DNA of 64,000 bases, taken from the NCBI GenBank assembly GCA_963727445.1, contig CAVSGI010000014.1, positions 352,001 through 416,000 on the forward strand, given 5' to 3'. Origin of the DNA: an uncultured delta proteobacterium (GTDB lineage Bacteria; Myxococcota_A; Polyangia; Polyangiales; B10-G4). Under the pieces are notes generated by a model. That model saw nothing but the letters and a program-made list of their open reading frames with translations, did not search any database and was not told where the DNA came from. Shown here in pieces: positions 30,602-41,362 of the stretch (positions within the stretch are counted from its first letter, which is position 1; every line of letters begins with the position of its first letter). A program made the translations under genes and the position numbers.

Positions 30602-30913
30602 ATGACCGCGACGGACGAGCTGTCGGAAGAGGCTCTCGACCTCACCCTCTTTCACTACCGCGGCTGCTGGTACTGCCGGCGGGTGTGGAAGGCCCTCGCG
30701 GATCTCGACCTCGTGATCGCCACCCGCGACATCCACCAGGACCTCGACGCCAAGCGCGAGCTCATGGCCGCGCGCGGACGGCGAACGGTACCGGTGCTGC
30801 GCATCGGACAGCCCGACGGGACGCCGCGCTACATGGGCGAGTCGCGCGACATCGAGCGCTACCTGCGCGAGCGATTCGGCGGCGTCAGGGGATCAAGACC
30901 GCCGCGCCGCTGA
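30602..30913 (+). CDS. Glutaredoxin family protein
   Basis: CWYC, TVPVLRI, MGESRDI. Confidence 0.85.
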   Translation: MTATDELSEEALDLTLFHYRGCWYCRRVWKALADLDLVIATRDIHQDLDAKRELMAARGRRTVPVLRIGQPDGTPRYMGESRDIERYLRERFGGVRGSRPPRR

Positions 30914-31868
30914 GCCGCCCGTCGCGCAGGCGCGCGAGGGCCTCGTTGGCGTCGGAGAGGGGATGCGCTTCGACGGTAGTCTCGACGGGGATGCGTGGAG
31001 CGAGCTTCAGGAACTCGTCGCCGTCGCGGCGCTCGAGGTTCGCGACCGACACCAGCTTTCGTTCGCGCCAGAGGATGTCGTAGGGGAAGCTCGGGATGTC
31101 GCTCATGTGGATGCCGGCGCAGACCACGGTGCCGCCGGGGCGGACGGCGCGCAGGGCCGCCGGGACCAGCGCGCCGACGGGGGCGAAGATGATCGCGGCG
31201 TCGAGGGGCTCGGGCGGAGGACCGTCGGAGGGGCCGGCCCACTCGGCGCCGAGGCGCTTCGCGAAAGCGGCGGCCGTGTCGTCACCGGGGCGCACGAACG
31301 CGAAGATGCGCTGGCCCTCGTGGCGCGCGACCTGCGCGATGATGTGGGCCGCCGCGCCGAAGCCGTAGACGCCGAGGCGTTCGGCTTCGCCCGCCATGCG
31401 CCAGGAGCGGTACCCGATGAGCCCCGCGCACAAGAGCGGCGCCGAGTGGGCGTCGTCGGTGTCGCCGGGGAGCGGGAAGGTGTAGCGCGCGTCGGCCACG
31501 GTGTACTCCGCATAGCCGCCGTCGATGGTGTAGCCCGTGAAGCGCGCGCGCTCGCACAGGTTCTCTCGACTCGCGCGACAGTGCACGCACTCGCCGCAGG
31601 TCCAGCCGAGCCAGGGGATGCCGACGCGCTGGCCGACAGACAGACCCTCGACGCCCTCGCCGAGCGCGCTGACCTCGCCGACGACCTCGTGACCGAGGAT
31701 CAGCGGAAGCTTCGGCTCGGTGAGATCGCCGTCGACCACGTGCAGGTCCGTGCGGCAGACGCCGCAGGCGTGCACCTTCACCTGCACCTGTCCGGCGCCG
31801 GCCGTCGGTGTGGGCACCTCCGCCATGCGTAGCGGCGTGCCCTCCCCTTCGAAGATCATCGCGCGCAC
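30885..31868 (-). CDS. Zinc-dependent alcohol dehydrogenase (CAD2-like)
   Basis: CGVCRTD, LGHE, CGECVHC...C, GVYGFGAA. Confidence 0.95.
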   Translation of the reverse strand: MRAMIFEGEGTPLRMAEVPTPTAGAGQVQVKVHACGVCRTDLHVVDGDLTEPKLPLILGHEVVGEVSALGEGVEGLSVGQRVGIPWLGWTCGECVHCRASRENLCERARFTGYTIDGGYAEYTVADARYTFPLPGDTDDAHSAPLLCAGLIGYRSWRMAGEAERLGVYGFGAAAHIIAQVARHEGQRIFAFVRPGDDTAAAFAKRLGAEWAGPSDGPPPEPLDAAIIFAPVGALVPAALRAVRPGGTVVCAGIHMSDIPSFPYDILWRERKLVSVANLERRDGDEFLKLAPRIPVETTVEAHPLSDANEALARLRDGRLSGAAVLIP

Positions 31869-31871
31869 CTG

Positions 31872-32760
31872 TCAGCCCCCCATGATCGCCAGCTGCTCGT
31901 CGACGGAGAGCACGCGACGGAAGATGCGGATGTCGTCGATGAAGCCGTCGAAGCTGTCCTCGATCGAGCCGCCGGTCTCCCAGTCGGCGCCCACCATGAA
32001 AGGCGAGCCGTCGAACTTCACGCCGGGCGTATCGGCGCGCGCCCGCTCCACGCCGTCGACGTAGAGGATCGACTCCGAGCCGTTCCAGACGCCGACGGCG
32101 AAGTGCCAGGCGTCGATCTCCACCCCGTCCGACCACTTGGCGAAGGTCTCGGAGGGGCAGTCGACGGTGCAGACCTTCCAGACGACGTCGTAGGTGCCGA
32201 CGAGATCCGAGATCCTCGAAGGAGAGCTGAAAGGAGATGTCGCCCCCCGCAGTGCTCTGCGCGTAGACGACCTGCTGCGCGGGCCCGCGGCTGCGGGTCT
32301 TGTACCAGGCGGTCACCGAGAAGGGCTGCCCCGACGCCCCGAAGTCGAGGACCGACGAGGTGTCGAAGAGGAGGTAGTCGTCGACCCCGTCGAACTCGTA
32401 CGCGCCGCCGACCACGCCCGGCGCCGGGACCGGGCAGCGCCCGGGGTCACAGCGCGCGTTCTGGACCACCCCCAGCACGTCCATGGGAGGGTCGCCCGCG
32501 GCTTCGTCGAGAGGCAGCCAGACGACGAGATCGGGGTCGCGGCCCGCGTCCACCGCGCCATCGCCGGCCGCGTCCGAAGCCATCCCGTCCGAGCTGGTCC
32601 CGTCCATGGCTGCGTCCATAGCCCCGTCCATCGTCGCGTCCATGGGGCTGCCCGAATCGGCGGAGGACAGCGGCCCGAAGCCGATTCGACCACAGCCCAC
32701 GAGGGCGAAACCCAGGCAGATCGCGCTGGACCGATGAGACATCCGCCTGGTCATCTTCAC
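31872..32760 (-). CDS. LamG-like jellyroll lipoprotein, interrupted by a 7-bp duplication at 32202-32215
   Basis: GCGRIGF lipobox motif; FDGVDDYL, FSVTAW, WHFAVGVWNG..LYVDG, FDGFIDDIRIFRRVLS; removing one GGATCTC restores a single frame. Confidence 0.8.
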
Positions 32761-32794
32761 TGATCGCGCTCGGGCACGCTACCCTTGTCGGTGG

Positions 32795-33793
32795 ATGTAT
32801 GCCTCGCTCGAGCTCGGGATCCTCTGTGCCCTCGTGGCCGCGTCCCTTCCGTCGAGCGCCCAGGCTCAACGCGACAGCCACGAACGGGTCGAGGCGGCGG
32901 AGAACGCCTATGACGAGGGCGTCCACCTCTATGAGGCCGGCGACTACATCGCCGCAGGGCAGGCCTTCGAACGCGCGGACGCGCTGTTGCCGGCGCGCGT
33001 GGCGATGGAGAACGCCATCCGGGCCTACCGCGAAGGCGGCGACGACCGGCGCGCGGCGACGGTGGCGACCGCGCTGGTGGAGCGCGATCTCTCCGCGCGG
33101 CGGCAGGCACGCTTCGTGCCCGGGGTCGCAAACGATTCCTTCAAGGTCATCGTGACCTGCGACGCCTCCTGCACCCTCGCCGTGGACGGTCAAGAGACGC
33201 GCTATCGCACCTTCTTCTTCGCGCCGAACGAGCCCCACTTCTTCCGGGCCACCTTCGACGTGGGCGTGCGCGAGACCGCATCGACGGGTGAGGCCGGCGA
33301 GGTGCGGGAGCTGGTGCTCGAGGCGCCGGCGCCGGGCGAGGAAGGACACGGCGAGGGCCTGACGAGCGCGGGCGACGAGGAAGAGGAGGAAGACGAAGGG
33401 GGCGGGGACGAAGACACCCTCGGCGGGACGGGCAGCGACGATGCAGGCGGCGGCATCGGGGTGATCCCGCTCTGGGCGACCCTCGCCGCGGCCGCGGTGA
33501 CCGTCGGGCTGGTGGGCGTCACCATCTGGTCCGGCATCGACACCACGAACGCGCGCACCGATTACGACGCCTCCCGCACCCTGGACAAGCTCGATGCGGG
33601 GCAGGCCAGGGAGACGCGCACCAACGTGCTGCTCGGCGCCGCGATCGGCCTGGGCGTGATCACCGCGGCGATGGCGATCTTCACGGATTGGGGCGGCGGC
33701 GACGAGAGCGACGAGGCAGACAGCAGCGTGCGTTTCGGCGTGGGCCCAATGGACGGGGGCGCCCTCGCGTCCATATCCGGGAGGATTCCGTGA
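32795..33793 (+). CDS. Exported TPR-like/PEGA-type protein partnered with the kinase
   Basis: Signal peptide, A...YDEG..LYEAGDY..A...FERA TPR-like helix, VDG beta domain, C-terminal hydrophobic segments. Confidence 0.7.
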   Translation: MYASLELGILCALVAASLPSSAQAQRDSHERVEAAENAYDEGVHLYEAGDYIAAGQAFERADALLPARVAMENAIRAYREGGDDRRAATVATALVERDLSARRQARFVPGVANDSFKVIVTCDASCTLAVDGQETRYRTFFFAPNEPHFFRATFDVGVRETASTGEAGEVRELVLEAPAPGEEGHGEGLTSAGDEEEEEDEGGGDEDTLGGTGSDDAGGGIGVIPLWATLAAAAVTVGLVGVTIWSGIDTTNARTDYDASRTLDKLDAGQARETRTNVLLGAAIGLGVITAAMAIFTDWGGGDESDEADSSVRFGVGPMDGGALASISGRIP

Positions 33794-35901
33794 CCGCCCG
33801 GGTGCCCAAGGAGAAACCGCGCAAGAAGAAGCGCCGCGACGACCTCGTCGGTCGGGTCGTCGGTGGGCGTTATCAGCTGCTCTTGCGCCTGGCCTCGGGC
33901 GGGATGGGCTCGGTCTACGCGGGGCGCGCGGTGGGCGCGGGCGGCTTCGAGCGCCGGCTGGCGATCAAGCTGCTGCACGAGCACCTCGCCGAGCGCGAGA
34001 AGTTCGTCGCGATGTTCCTCGACGAGGCGCGCCTGGCGGCGAAGATCCATCACCCGAACGTCGTGTCCACCATCGACGTCTTCGAGTGGGACGAGCGCTA
34101 CTACCTGGTCATGGAGTACGTGGAGGGCCTCGAGCTCGGGCGCCTTCTGCACTCCGCGCTCCAGCAGCGGGACAAGCTGCCGGTGCGGGTGGTGCTGCGC
34201 ATCATCCTCGACGCCCTGTCCGGCCTGGTGGCGGCGCACGAGCTCACGGACAAGGACGGAAAGCCCCTCAACCTCGTCCATCGCGACATCTCTCCGCAGA
34301 ACATCCTCGTCGGCGCCGACGGCATCTCGCGCCTCACGGATTTCGGCGTCGCCAAGGCCGAAGACCGCATCCACGTGACCCAGGGCGCCGAGTTCAAGGG
34401 CAAGGTCGCTTACGCCGCGCCCGAGCAGCTCGAGCACTCGCTGGTGGAGCAGCGCTCGGACGTCTTCGCGATGGGGATCATCCTGTGGGAGACGCTCACC
34501 CAGAAGCGGCTCTTCAAGGCGAAGGACAAGCACGGCATCCGGCGGATGGTGCTCGCAGGGGACTACCCGCCGCCATCGAGCATCGACCCGTCGCTCCTGC
34601 CCTTCGACCACATCATCGAAAAGGCGATGGCGCGCGAGCTCGCCAATCGGACGCCCAGCGCTGCGGCGCTGATGCTGGAGGTCGAGGAGATCGCAGCGAC
34701 GATCGGCGGCCCCGCGAGCCCCAACGACGTGCGCAACTGGGTGCGAAGCCTGGCCGGCGAGCATCTCAAGGAGCGCGCTGACGAGCTGCGCGAAGCGGAG
34801 ACGCAGGTGCCCTACCCCTCGGAGGTGGTGAGCGTGCCGCCCTCCGCGCCGGGCAGCGGCAGGGGCGCGCCCCCGGCGGTGCCGGACCAGAGCGAGGTCG
34901 TGCCCTCGATGGGCGGCGGCGCGGCCCTCGCCGACGAGGCCGGTCCGACGCTCAGGGATCCACCCCAGCGCGGCGACGCCGTCACGCAGACGAGCAAACC
35001 TCAGCGCTCCGATCCGGCGGACGACGCACCGACCCGCCTCGCCGACCGTTCCCAGGTGGGGCTCGGCGCGGACGCGCGCGCCGACGCCGACTCCTTCGAC
35101 AACAGCGCCACGCGAAAGTACGAGCGCCCCGACTCCGGCCAGAGCGACGACGACCTGCCCCCGCTTCATCAGCTCCGAACCGACCCCAGCGACATCAGCG
35201 TCGAGCTGCTCGAGAGCGAGCCCCGCCTCGAGTCGGGGGTGGAGCGGACGGGCGGCCACTCCCGCGCCCTCGGCCAGGACCCCTTCGGCGAAGAGGACCG
35301 CAAGGCCACGACCAGCGTCATCGACGAGGTCGCCGCCCGCCACCAGCGCCTGCTGTGGGCCGGCGCGGTGGTGATGCTGCTCCTCGCCGCGGGCATCGTG
35401 GGCACGGTGATCGCGATGGCGGTCTCGGACGACGAGGCGGCGCCGGCGCCGGCGAGGATGCAGGTGGTGGAGCCGGAAGGGGGAGGGGGAACGGGAACGG
35501 AAACGGGAACGGGAGCGGGAACGGGAACGGGAACGGGAACGGGAGCGGGAACGGGAACGGGAACGGGAACGGGAGCGGGAACGGGAACGGGAACGGGAGC
35601 GGGAGCGGGAACGGGAACGGGAACGGGAACGGGAACGGGAACGGGAACGGGAGCGGGAACGGGAACGGGAACGGGAACGGGGACGGGGACGGGGACGGGA
35701 GCGGGAGTGGAGGCGGGGGCCGCGGTTACCGAACCACTTATCGAAGTGTCGATGCGGCGGCGGGCGGGGATGCGGCGAGCGACGATGCGCGTCGAGGCGA
35801 TGACGACCACGACGACGACCACCACTGAGCCCACGCCGCCGCCCACGATGGAGGCCGAGACGGCGATGGGGATGCCGGACAACCCCTACCGCGACCTCTG
35901 A
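33790..35901 (+). CDS. Transmembrane Ser/Thr protein kinase with (Gly-Thr)n extracytoplasmic linker
   Basis: [32 protein letters not shown] overlaps the upstream TGA; ends in DNPY. Confidence 0.93.
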   Translation: MTARVPKEKPRKKKRRDDLVGRVVGGRYQLLLRLASGGMGSVYAGRAVGAGGFERRLAIKLLHEHLAEREKFVAMFLDEARLAAKIHHPNVVSTIDVFEWDERYYLVMEYVEGLELGRLLHSALQQRDKLPVRVVLRIILDALSGLVAAHELTDKDGKPLNLVHRDISPQNILVGADGISRLTDFGVAKAEDRIHVTQGAEFKGKVAYAAPEQLEHSLVEQRSDVFAMGIILWETLTQKRLFKAKDKHGIRRMVLAGDYPPPSSIDPSLLPFDHIIEKAMARELANRTPSAAALMLEVEEIAATIGGPASPNDVRNWVRSLAGEHLKERADELREAETQVPYPSEVVSVPPSAPGSGRGAPPAVPDQSEVVPSMGGGAALADEAGPTLRDPPQRGDAVTQTSKPQRSDPADDAPTRLADRSQVGLGADARADADSFDNSATRKYERPDSGQSDDDLPPLHQLRTDPSDISVELLESEPRLESGVERTGGHSRALGQDPFGEEDRKATTSVIDEVAARHQRLLWAGAVVMLLLAAGIVGTVIAMAVSDDEAAPAPARMQVVEPEGGGGTGTETGTGAGTGTGTGTGAGTGTGTGTGAGTGTGTGAGAGTGTGTGTGTGTGTGAGTGTGTGTGTGTGTGAGVEAGAAVTEPLIEVSMRRRAGMRRATMRVEAMTTTTTTTTEPTPPPTMEAETAMGMPDNPYRDL
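35487..35709 (+). repeat. In-frame hexamer tandem repeat (GGGAAC/GGGAGC/GGGGAC), roughly 37 units
   Basis: Directly visible; encodes GT/GA dipeptides. Confidence 0.95.
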
Positions 35902-35940
35902 ACCGTGCCGCCACGCCGGAAAGGCGGCATACTCCCCCGC

Positions 35941-36798
35941 ATGATGCGCGGTCCTCTCGCGACGCTCGGCGCCCTCGCCATCGGGGGTTTGGCCGTCGTG
36001 CTCGCGGGATGCGACACCTTCCCTGACACCTTCGACTGCACAGCCGACAGCCAATGTCGAAGGGGCTCCGCCCGCGGGCTCTGCGTCGGCGGCGCCTACT
36101 GCGCCTTCGACGACTCGAGCTGCTCGGCCACCGGGCTCCGCTACGACCGAACGGCCGGCGGCGGCAACGCGGGCCAGTGCGTGCCCCCCGGCGGCACCCG
36201 CGACACCGGCACCTTCCCCGACGAGGGCCTCCTCAACGACTGCGGCGGCACGGGAACCCTGCCCGCCCGCGTGCTCGACCCCTGCGGCAACTGCCTGCTC
36301 GGCCGCTATCAATGCGATGGTCAGAACGCGCTTCGCTGCGAGGGCGACCCGACCAACGAGGTGGACATCACGAGCGAGGGCTACGTGAGCGCGTCGAGCA
36401 CCTACAACGCGAGCTTCATGGCCGCCAACGCCGTCGACGGCAGCCGGATGACCTCCTGGTTCTCGGCCGGCCCGGAGGGCGACGGTTCACCCACGACCTT
36501 CGACTGGGAAGTCCGCGACGACGAGTGCATCGTCGGCATCGACTTCTACGGCAACGGCGACAACGCCGACGCGATGTACCGCACCGACTACGGCTTCGGC
36601 TCGATGACGGTGCAGATCCTCGACGCCGCCGACGGGGTCCAGGCCTCGGACAGCCGCATGCTCGCGGGCACGCCCGACCCGGAGCAGCACATCGACATCC
36701 AGGGCTACGGGCGCACGGTGCGGCTGCTCTTCACCGGCCACGAGTCGCCGGACTGCGGCGGCTTCAGCGAGCTGGTGGTCACCGCCGCACGACCTTAG
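35941..36798 (+). CDS. Lipoprotein with Cys-rich N-terminus and discoidin (F5/8-type)-like C-terminal domain
   Basis: LAGC lipobox; SASSTY...AANAVDG...TSW. Confidence 0.7.
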   Translation: MMRGPLATLGALAIGGLAVVLAGCDTFPDTFDCTADSQCRRGSARGLCVGGAYCAFDDSSCSATGLRYDRTAGGGNAGQCVPPGGTRDTGTFPDEGLLNDCGGTGTLPARVLDPCGNCLLGRYQCDGQNALRCEGDPTNEVDITSEGYVSASSTYNASFMAANAVDGSRMTSWFSAGPEGDGSPTTFDWEVRDDECIVGIDFYGNGDNADAMYRTDYGFGSMTVQILDAADGVQASDSRMLAGTPDPEQHIDIQGYGRTVRLLFTGHESPDCGGFSELVVTAARP

Positions 36799-37504
36799 AG
36801 AGCTTCTCGATCTCGCGCGCGCGCAGCGGACGGTACTCGCCGGGCCTCAGGCCGTCGATGCTCACCCCGGCGAAGGAGGTGCGCGACAGGCGCATCACCC
36901 GCCGCCCGAGGGCGTCACCCATCCGCCGGATCTGCCGGTTCTTGCCTTCCTTGAGGGTCAGCTGGATCCAGGTGTGCCCCTTCTCCTGCCTGAGAACGAA
37001 GCACTCGGCGGGCTTGGTGACGTAGCCGTCGTCGAGCTTGACGCCGTTTCGGATCCGATCGAGCTCGGGCACGTCGAGGTGGCCCTTGAGCTTGACCACG
37101 TAGACCTTGGGCACGTCGCGGGCGGGCCTGAGCAGCGCCTCGCTCATCTCACCGTCGTTGGTGAGCAGGAGCGCGCCGCTGGTGTGGTAGTCGAGGCGAC
37201 CGACGGGAAAGACCCGCTCGGGGATCCCCTTCAGGTAGTCCTGGACGGTCTCGCGCCCCTCGGGATCGGACAGCGTGCTCACCACCGCGCGCGGCTTGTT
37301 GAGGACGTAATAAGCCGGCTTCTCGCGCACGATGCGCCGTCCGTCGACCTCGATCTTGTCGCGGCGCGCGTCGGCCTTCGTGCCCAGCTCGCTCACCACG
37401 CGACCGTTCACGCGCACCCGGCCCTCGGTGATCAGCTTCTCCGAGGCGCGGCGCGAGGCGACCCCGGCCGCAGCCAGGATCTTCTGAAGGCGTTCCTTGG
37501 CCAT
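36779..37504 (-). CDS. rluB: rRNA pseudouridine synthase (RluB/RsuA family)
   Basis: S4 domain ERLQKILAAAGVASRR, LNKP, PVGRLD, EGKNRQIRRM. Confidence 0.9.
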   Translation of the reverse strand: MAKERLQKILAAAGVASRRASEKLITEGRVRVNGRVVSELGTKADARRDKIEVDGRRIVREKPAYYVLNKPRAVVSTLSDPEGRETVQDYLKGIPERVFPVGRLDYHTSGALLLTNDGEMSEALLRPARDVPKVYVVKLKGHLDVPELDRIRNGVKLDDGYVTKPAECFVLRQEKGHTWIQLTLKEGKNRQIRRMGDALGRRVMRLSRTSFAGVSIDGLRPGEYRPLRAREIEKLSKVVRR

Positions 37505-38263
37505 TCAGACGGCGTCGGGGTCTTGTCCGCCCTCGTCGTCCGTGGCGCCTTCCACGTCTTCGGCGTCTTCCTGCGCCGCTTCCTGCGCCCGGCGCTCCTC
37601 TTGCTCGCGCCGGAACTCCTCGTCGCGATCCCAGCGGTCGACGCGTCCGTCGCCGTCGAGGTCCTCGCCCATGCGGATCATCCGGCCGTCTTCGTAGTAC
37701 TCCCAGCGGTCTGGCTGCCAGTTGGTGGCGGTGCTGCGCCCCGCCATGTCGCGCTCGGCGCGCACCGGGTGGCCGTCCTCGTAGTAGATCTTGGTGTCGA
37801 CCCGGCCGTTGCCCGCCGTGTCCTGCTCGATGCGGACGATGCGACCATCTTCGAAGAAGATGATCTCGTCCATCTGGCCGTCGAGGTTGCGGTCGGCCTC
37901 TTCGCGCAGGGGCCGCCCTTCGTCGGTGTAGTAGCGCACGACGTCCTTGACGCCGTCGCCGTTGAGGTCGGCCTCGCGACAGACGAGGACCAAACGGATC
38001 GCCGGGGGATCCCCGACCCGGAGAAAGACCTTGCGGACGTCGGGCCATTCGTCGCCCGTGGTGTCGTATTCGCTGACCTCGTGCCGCTGGTCCTCGCCCT
38101 GACAGCGGCTCGCGTCGTCCGGCCGCTGCGAGCCGCCGCTCATGGAGCGCGAGCGTCCTTCGCCCTCGGCGAGCCCTTCGGGTCGGTCCGCCGAGCGCTG
38201 GTCACCACCGCAAGCGGCGGCGAGCGCGGCACAGAGGAGCGCGAGGGAAAGCGCGCGATTCAT
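37505..38263 (-). CDS. Lipoprotein with DxNxDGxxD repeats (GltK/AgmO-like)
   Basis: AAAC lipobox; DLNGDGVKD, DRNLDGQMD, DLDGDGRVDRW. Confidence 0.65.
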   Translation of the reverse strand: MNRALSLALLCAALAAACGGDQRSADRPEGLAEGEGRSRSMSGGSQRPDDASRCQGEDQRHEVSEYDTTGDEWPDVRKVFLRVGDPPAIRLVLVCREADLNGDGVKDVVRYYTDEGRPLREEADRNLDGQMDEIIFFEDGRIVRIEQDTAGNGRVDTKIYYEDGHPVRAERDMAGRSTATNWQPDRWEYYEDGRMIRMGEDLDGDGRVDRWDRDEEFRREQEERRAQEAAQEDAEDVEGATDDEGGQDPDAV

Positions 38264-39147
38264 TGCTCGACCTCCACCTCGTCGAAGTCGCTCGGCACGT
38301 CGGCGGCCGAGCTCGCGTCGCCATCTTCGGGATCGCCAGACTCGGTGTCGTCGGTGCTGGCGTCATCTCCCTCGCCCTCGCCCTCGCCCTCGCCTTCCCC
38401 TTCGCCGCCTTCGCCCTCAGCGGGCTGATCGGCGGCAGCGGCGGCCTGCTCGGCCTGCTCGGCCAGCGGTCGCCCATCGCAGCTCACGGCTTCGTCGGGC
38501 GGGCCCGCTTCGCTCGCCGCGATCTCCTCCGACCGGTCCGGACGCCCGTCACCATCGGTGTCGTAGCGGACCTCGACCAGGCGACCGTTGTTGAAGACCT
38601 CCCACTTCTCGGGGCGGCCGTCGTTGTTGTCGTCGTAGCGCGCCTGGGAGAGGATCCCACGCTCGTACTCCTCCCAGGTGTCCGGCTCACCGGCGTGCTG
38701 CCGGTCGCGCTCTGCCCGCGCCACCATCCCGTCCTCGCACCACATCCAGGTGTCGATGACGTTGTCGAAGTTGGTGTCGAGCTCCTTGCGGACGAGCTTG
38801 CCGCCCTCGTAGTAGCTGATCTGATCGATGCGGCCGTCGAAGTCGAAATCGTGCTCTTCGCGGATGGGGTGCTCCCCGTCCTGGGCGTAGAAGCGCGTGA
38901 TGTCGACCTGGCCGTCGAAGTTCATGTCGATCTCGGAGCAAACGCGCCGCGAGCCATCGAAGTGATGCCGGATGTCCGGGACGCCGTCGTTGTTCACGTC
39001 CACCGCCTGGACGTTGCCGGTGCACTGCTGCCGGACGGACTCGTCCCCCCGGGACCCCCGGAGGCCTTCCTCGTTCTCCAGATTCTCGTCGCCTCCGCCA
39101 CAGGCCGAGAAGCCGAGGACGAGGGCGAGAGCCAAAAAGACCTTCAT
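38260..39147 (-). CDS. Lipoprotein with DxNxDGxxD repeats (GltK/AgmO-like), paralog of the downstream gene
   Basis: FSAC lipobox; DVNNDGVPD, DMNFDGQVD, DFDFDGRIDQISYYEGGKLVRKELDTN. Confidence 0.65.
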   Translation of the reverse strand: MKVFLALALVLGFSACGGGDENLENEEGLRGSRGDESVRQQCTGNVQAVDVNNDGVPDIRHHFDGSRRVCSEIDMNFDGQVDITRFYAQDGEHPIREEHDFDFDGRIDQISYYEGGKLVRKELDTNFDNVIDTWMWCEDGMVARAERDRQHAGEPDTWEEYERGILSQARYDDNNDGRPEKWEVFNNGRLVEVRYDTDGDGRPDRSEEIAASEAGPPDEAVSCDGRPLAEQAEQAAAAADQPAEGEGGEGEGEGEGEGEGDDASTDDTESGDPEDGDASSAADVPSDFDEVEVEQ

Positions 39148-39286
39148 TTTCACCTCGATAGACGCTGGAGCATACGCTGGGGGGAAAGGGGCGACAAGCA
39201 GGGGAAAAAGGTCCTCAAATTGAGCCCCTGCGCCGTTTGACAGTATGTGTGTGGCCATGTACCTTCACGCGAATTCGGGACGACCC

Positions 39287-39499
39287 ATGGCTCGCAAGAA
39301 GATCTCGACGACGATCTACATCACGCCGGAGCAGAACGAGAAGCTGAAGCTCCTGCACCAGCGGACGAAGGTCCCGGTGGCGGTCTACATCCGCGAAGGG
39401 ATCGACCTGGTCCTCGAACGACACGAGGAACAGCTCCCCGGTCAGCTTTCGCTGGACACGACGGCCGCGGCGAAGAAGAAGAAGCGCTCCAGCGGCTGA
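39287..39499 (+). CDS. Ribbon-helix-helix DNA-binding protein
   Basis: STTIYITPEQ..KLK.L...TKVPVAVYIREGIDLVL. Confidence 0.85.
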   Translation: MARKKISTTIYITPEQNEKLKLLHQRTKVPVAVYIREGIDLVLERHEEQLPGQLSLDTTAAAKKKKRSSG

Positions 39500-39532
39500 T
39501 CGACATCATCGTCGATACACGACCGACGTTGT

Positions 39533-41342
39533 ATGGCCTACGACATCTCCCGGATCCGCAACTTCTCCATCATCGCGCACATCGACCACGGCAAGAGCAC
39601 GCTGGCCGATCGCATCCTCGACGTGACGGGCGCGCTGACCGAGCGCGAAGCCAAGGAGCAGTTCCTCGACAAGATGGACCTCGAGCGCGAGCGAGGGATC
39701 ACCATCAAGGCGCAAACGGTGCGCCTCCGCTACAAGGCGGAGGACGGCGTCGAGTACCAGCTCAGCTCATCGACACGCCGGGGCACGTCGACTTCAGCTA
39801 CGAGGTGAGCCGCGTCTCTGCAGGCCTGCGAAGGAGCGCTCCTGGTGGTGGACGCGACCCAGGGCGTCGAAGCGCAGACCCTCGCCAACGTCTACCTCGC
39901 CATCGAGAACGACCTCGAGATCATCCCGGTCTTCAACAAGATCGATCTGCCGAGCGCGGACGTGGACCGAACGACGCAGGAGGTCGAGCAGGTGATCGGC
40001 CTCGACTGCGAACGAGGTCTTCCCGGTCAGCGCGAAGACCGGTGAGGGCGTCAAGGAGGTCCTCGAGGCGATTTGTCGCCGCGTGCCGCCGCCCAGGACG
40101 AACGAGGATCCGGAGGCGCCCCTGCGCGCGCTCCTCTTCGACAGCTGGTACGACCCCTACCGCGGCGCGATGATGATGGTGCGCGTGGTCGACGGCACCC
40201 TGAAGAAGGGCGACAAGGTTCGGATGATGGCCGCCAAGGCGGACTACGATGTCACCGAGCTGGGCGTGTTTGCGCCTTTTCCCGTCGCGGTGGACGAGCT
40301 CGGGCCGGGCGAGGTCGGCTTCGTGTCAGCGTCGATCAAGAGCATCCACGACACCAAGGTCGGCGACACCCTGACCCACGCGCGCAAGCCCGCCACCGCG
40401 CCGCTTCCGGGCTTCAAAGACGTCAAGCCGATGGTGTTCTGCGGGATCTTCCCCACCGACAGCGACCAGTACCCGGAGCTCCGCGACGCCCTCGACAAGC
40501 TGCACCTCAACGACGCAGCCTTCGTCTTCGAGCCGGACACCTCCGAGGCGCTGGGCTTCGGCTTTCGCTGCGGCTTCCTCGGACTGCTCCACATGGACGT
40601 GATCCAGGAGCGCCTCGAGCGCGAGTACGACCTGGACCTGATCACCACCGCGCCGAGCGTCGTGTACAAGGTGCACAAGATCGACGGCGAGGTGCTCGAG
40701 GTCGAGAACCCTTCGAAGCTCCCCGATCCGCAGTACATCCAGCACATCGAAGAGCCCTACTTCCGGGTGAGCATCCACGTCCCGGCGCAGTTCGTCGGCG
40801 CGGTGCTCAAGCTCTGCGAGGACCGCCGCGGCGAGCAGCAGGGCATCAACTACGTCACGCCCGAGCGCGTGATCATCACCTACGACCTGCCGCTGGCCGA
40901 GGTGCTCTTCGACTTCTTCGACAAGCTCAAGAGCGCGACCAAGGGCTACGCCTCGATGGACTACGAGCTGGTCGGCTACCGGCCCAACAAGCTGGTGCGC
41001 GTCGACATGCTGCTGAACGGCGACAAGGTCGACGCGCTCAGCGCCATCGTCCACAAGGACAAGGCGTACTATCTCGGGCGCGGGCTCGCGGAGAAGCTCA
41101 AGAAGATCGTTCCGCGCCAGCAGTACGAGGTCGCGATCCAGGCGGCCATCGGCAACAAGGTCATCGCCCGCGAGACGGTGCGGGCGCTCCGCAAGGACGT
41201 CACGGCGAAGTGCTACGGCGGCGACATCAGCCGAAAGCGCAAGCTCCTCGAGAAGCAGAAAGAGGGCAAGAAGCGCATGAAGAACGTGGGCAGCGTGGAG
41301 ATCCCGCAGGAAGCGTTCCACGCCATCCTCACGGTGGATTGA
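39533..41342 (+). CDS. lepA: Elongation factor 4 (LepA); about three indels near 39765, 39813 and 40010
   Basis: [80 protein letters not shown]. Confidence 0.97.
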
Positions 41343-41362
41343 TTCGAGCTATCTTTTCCGCG

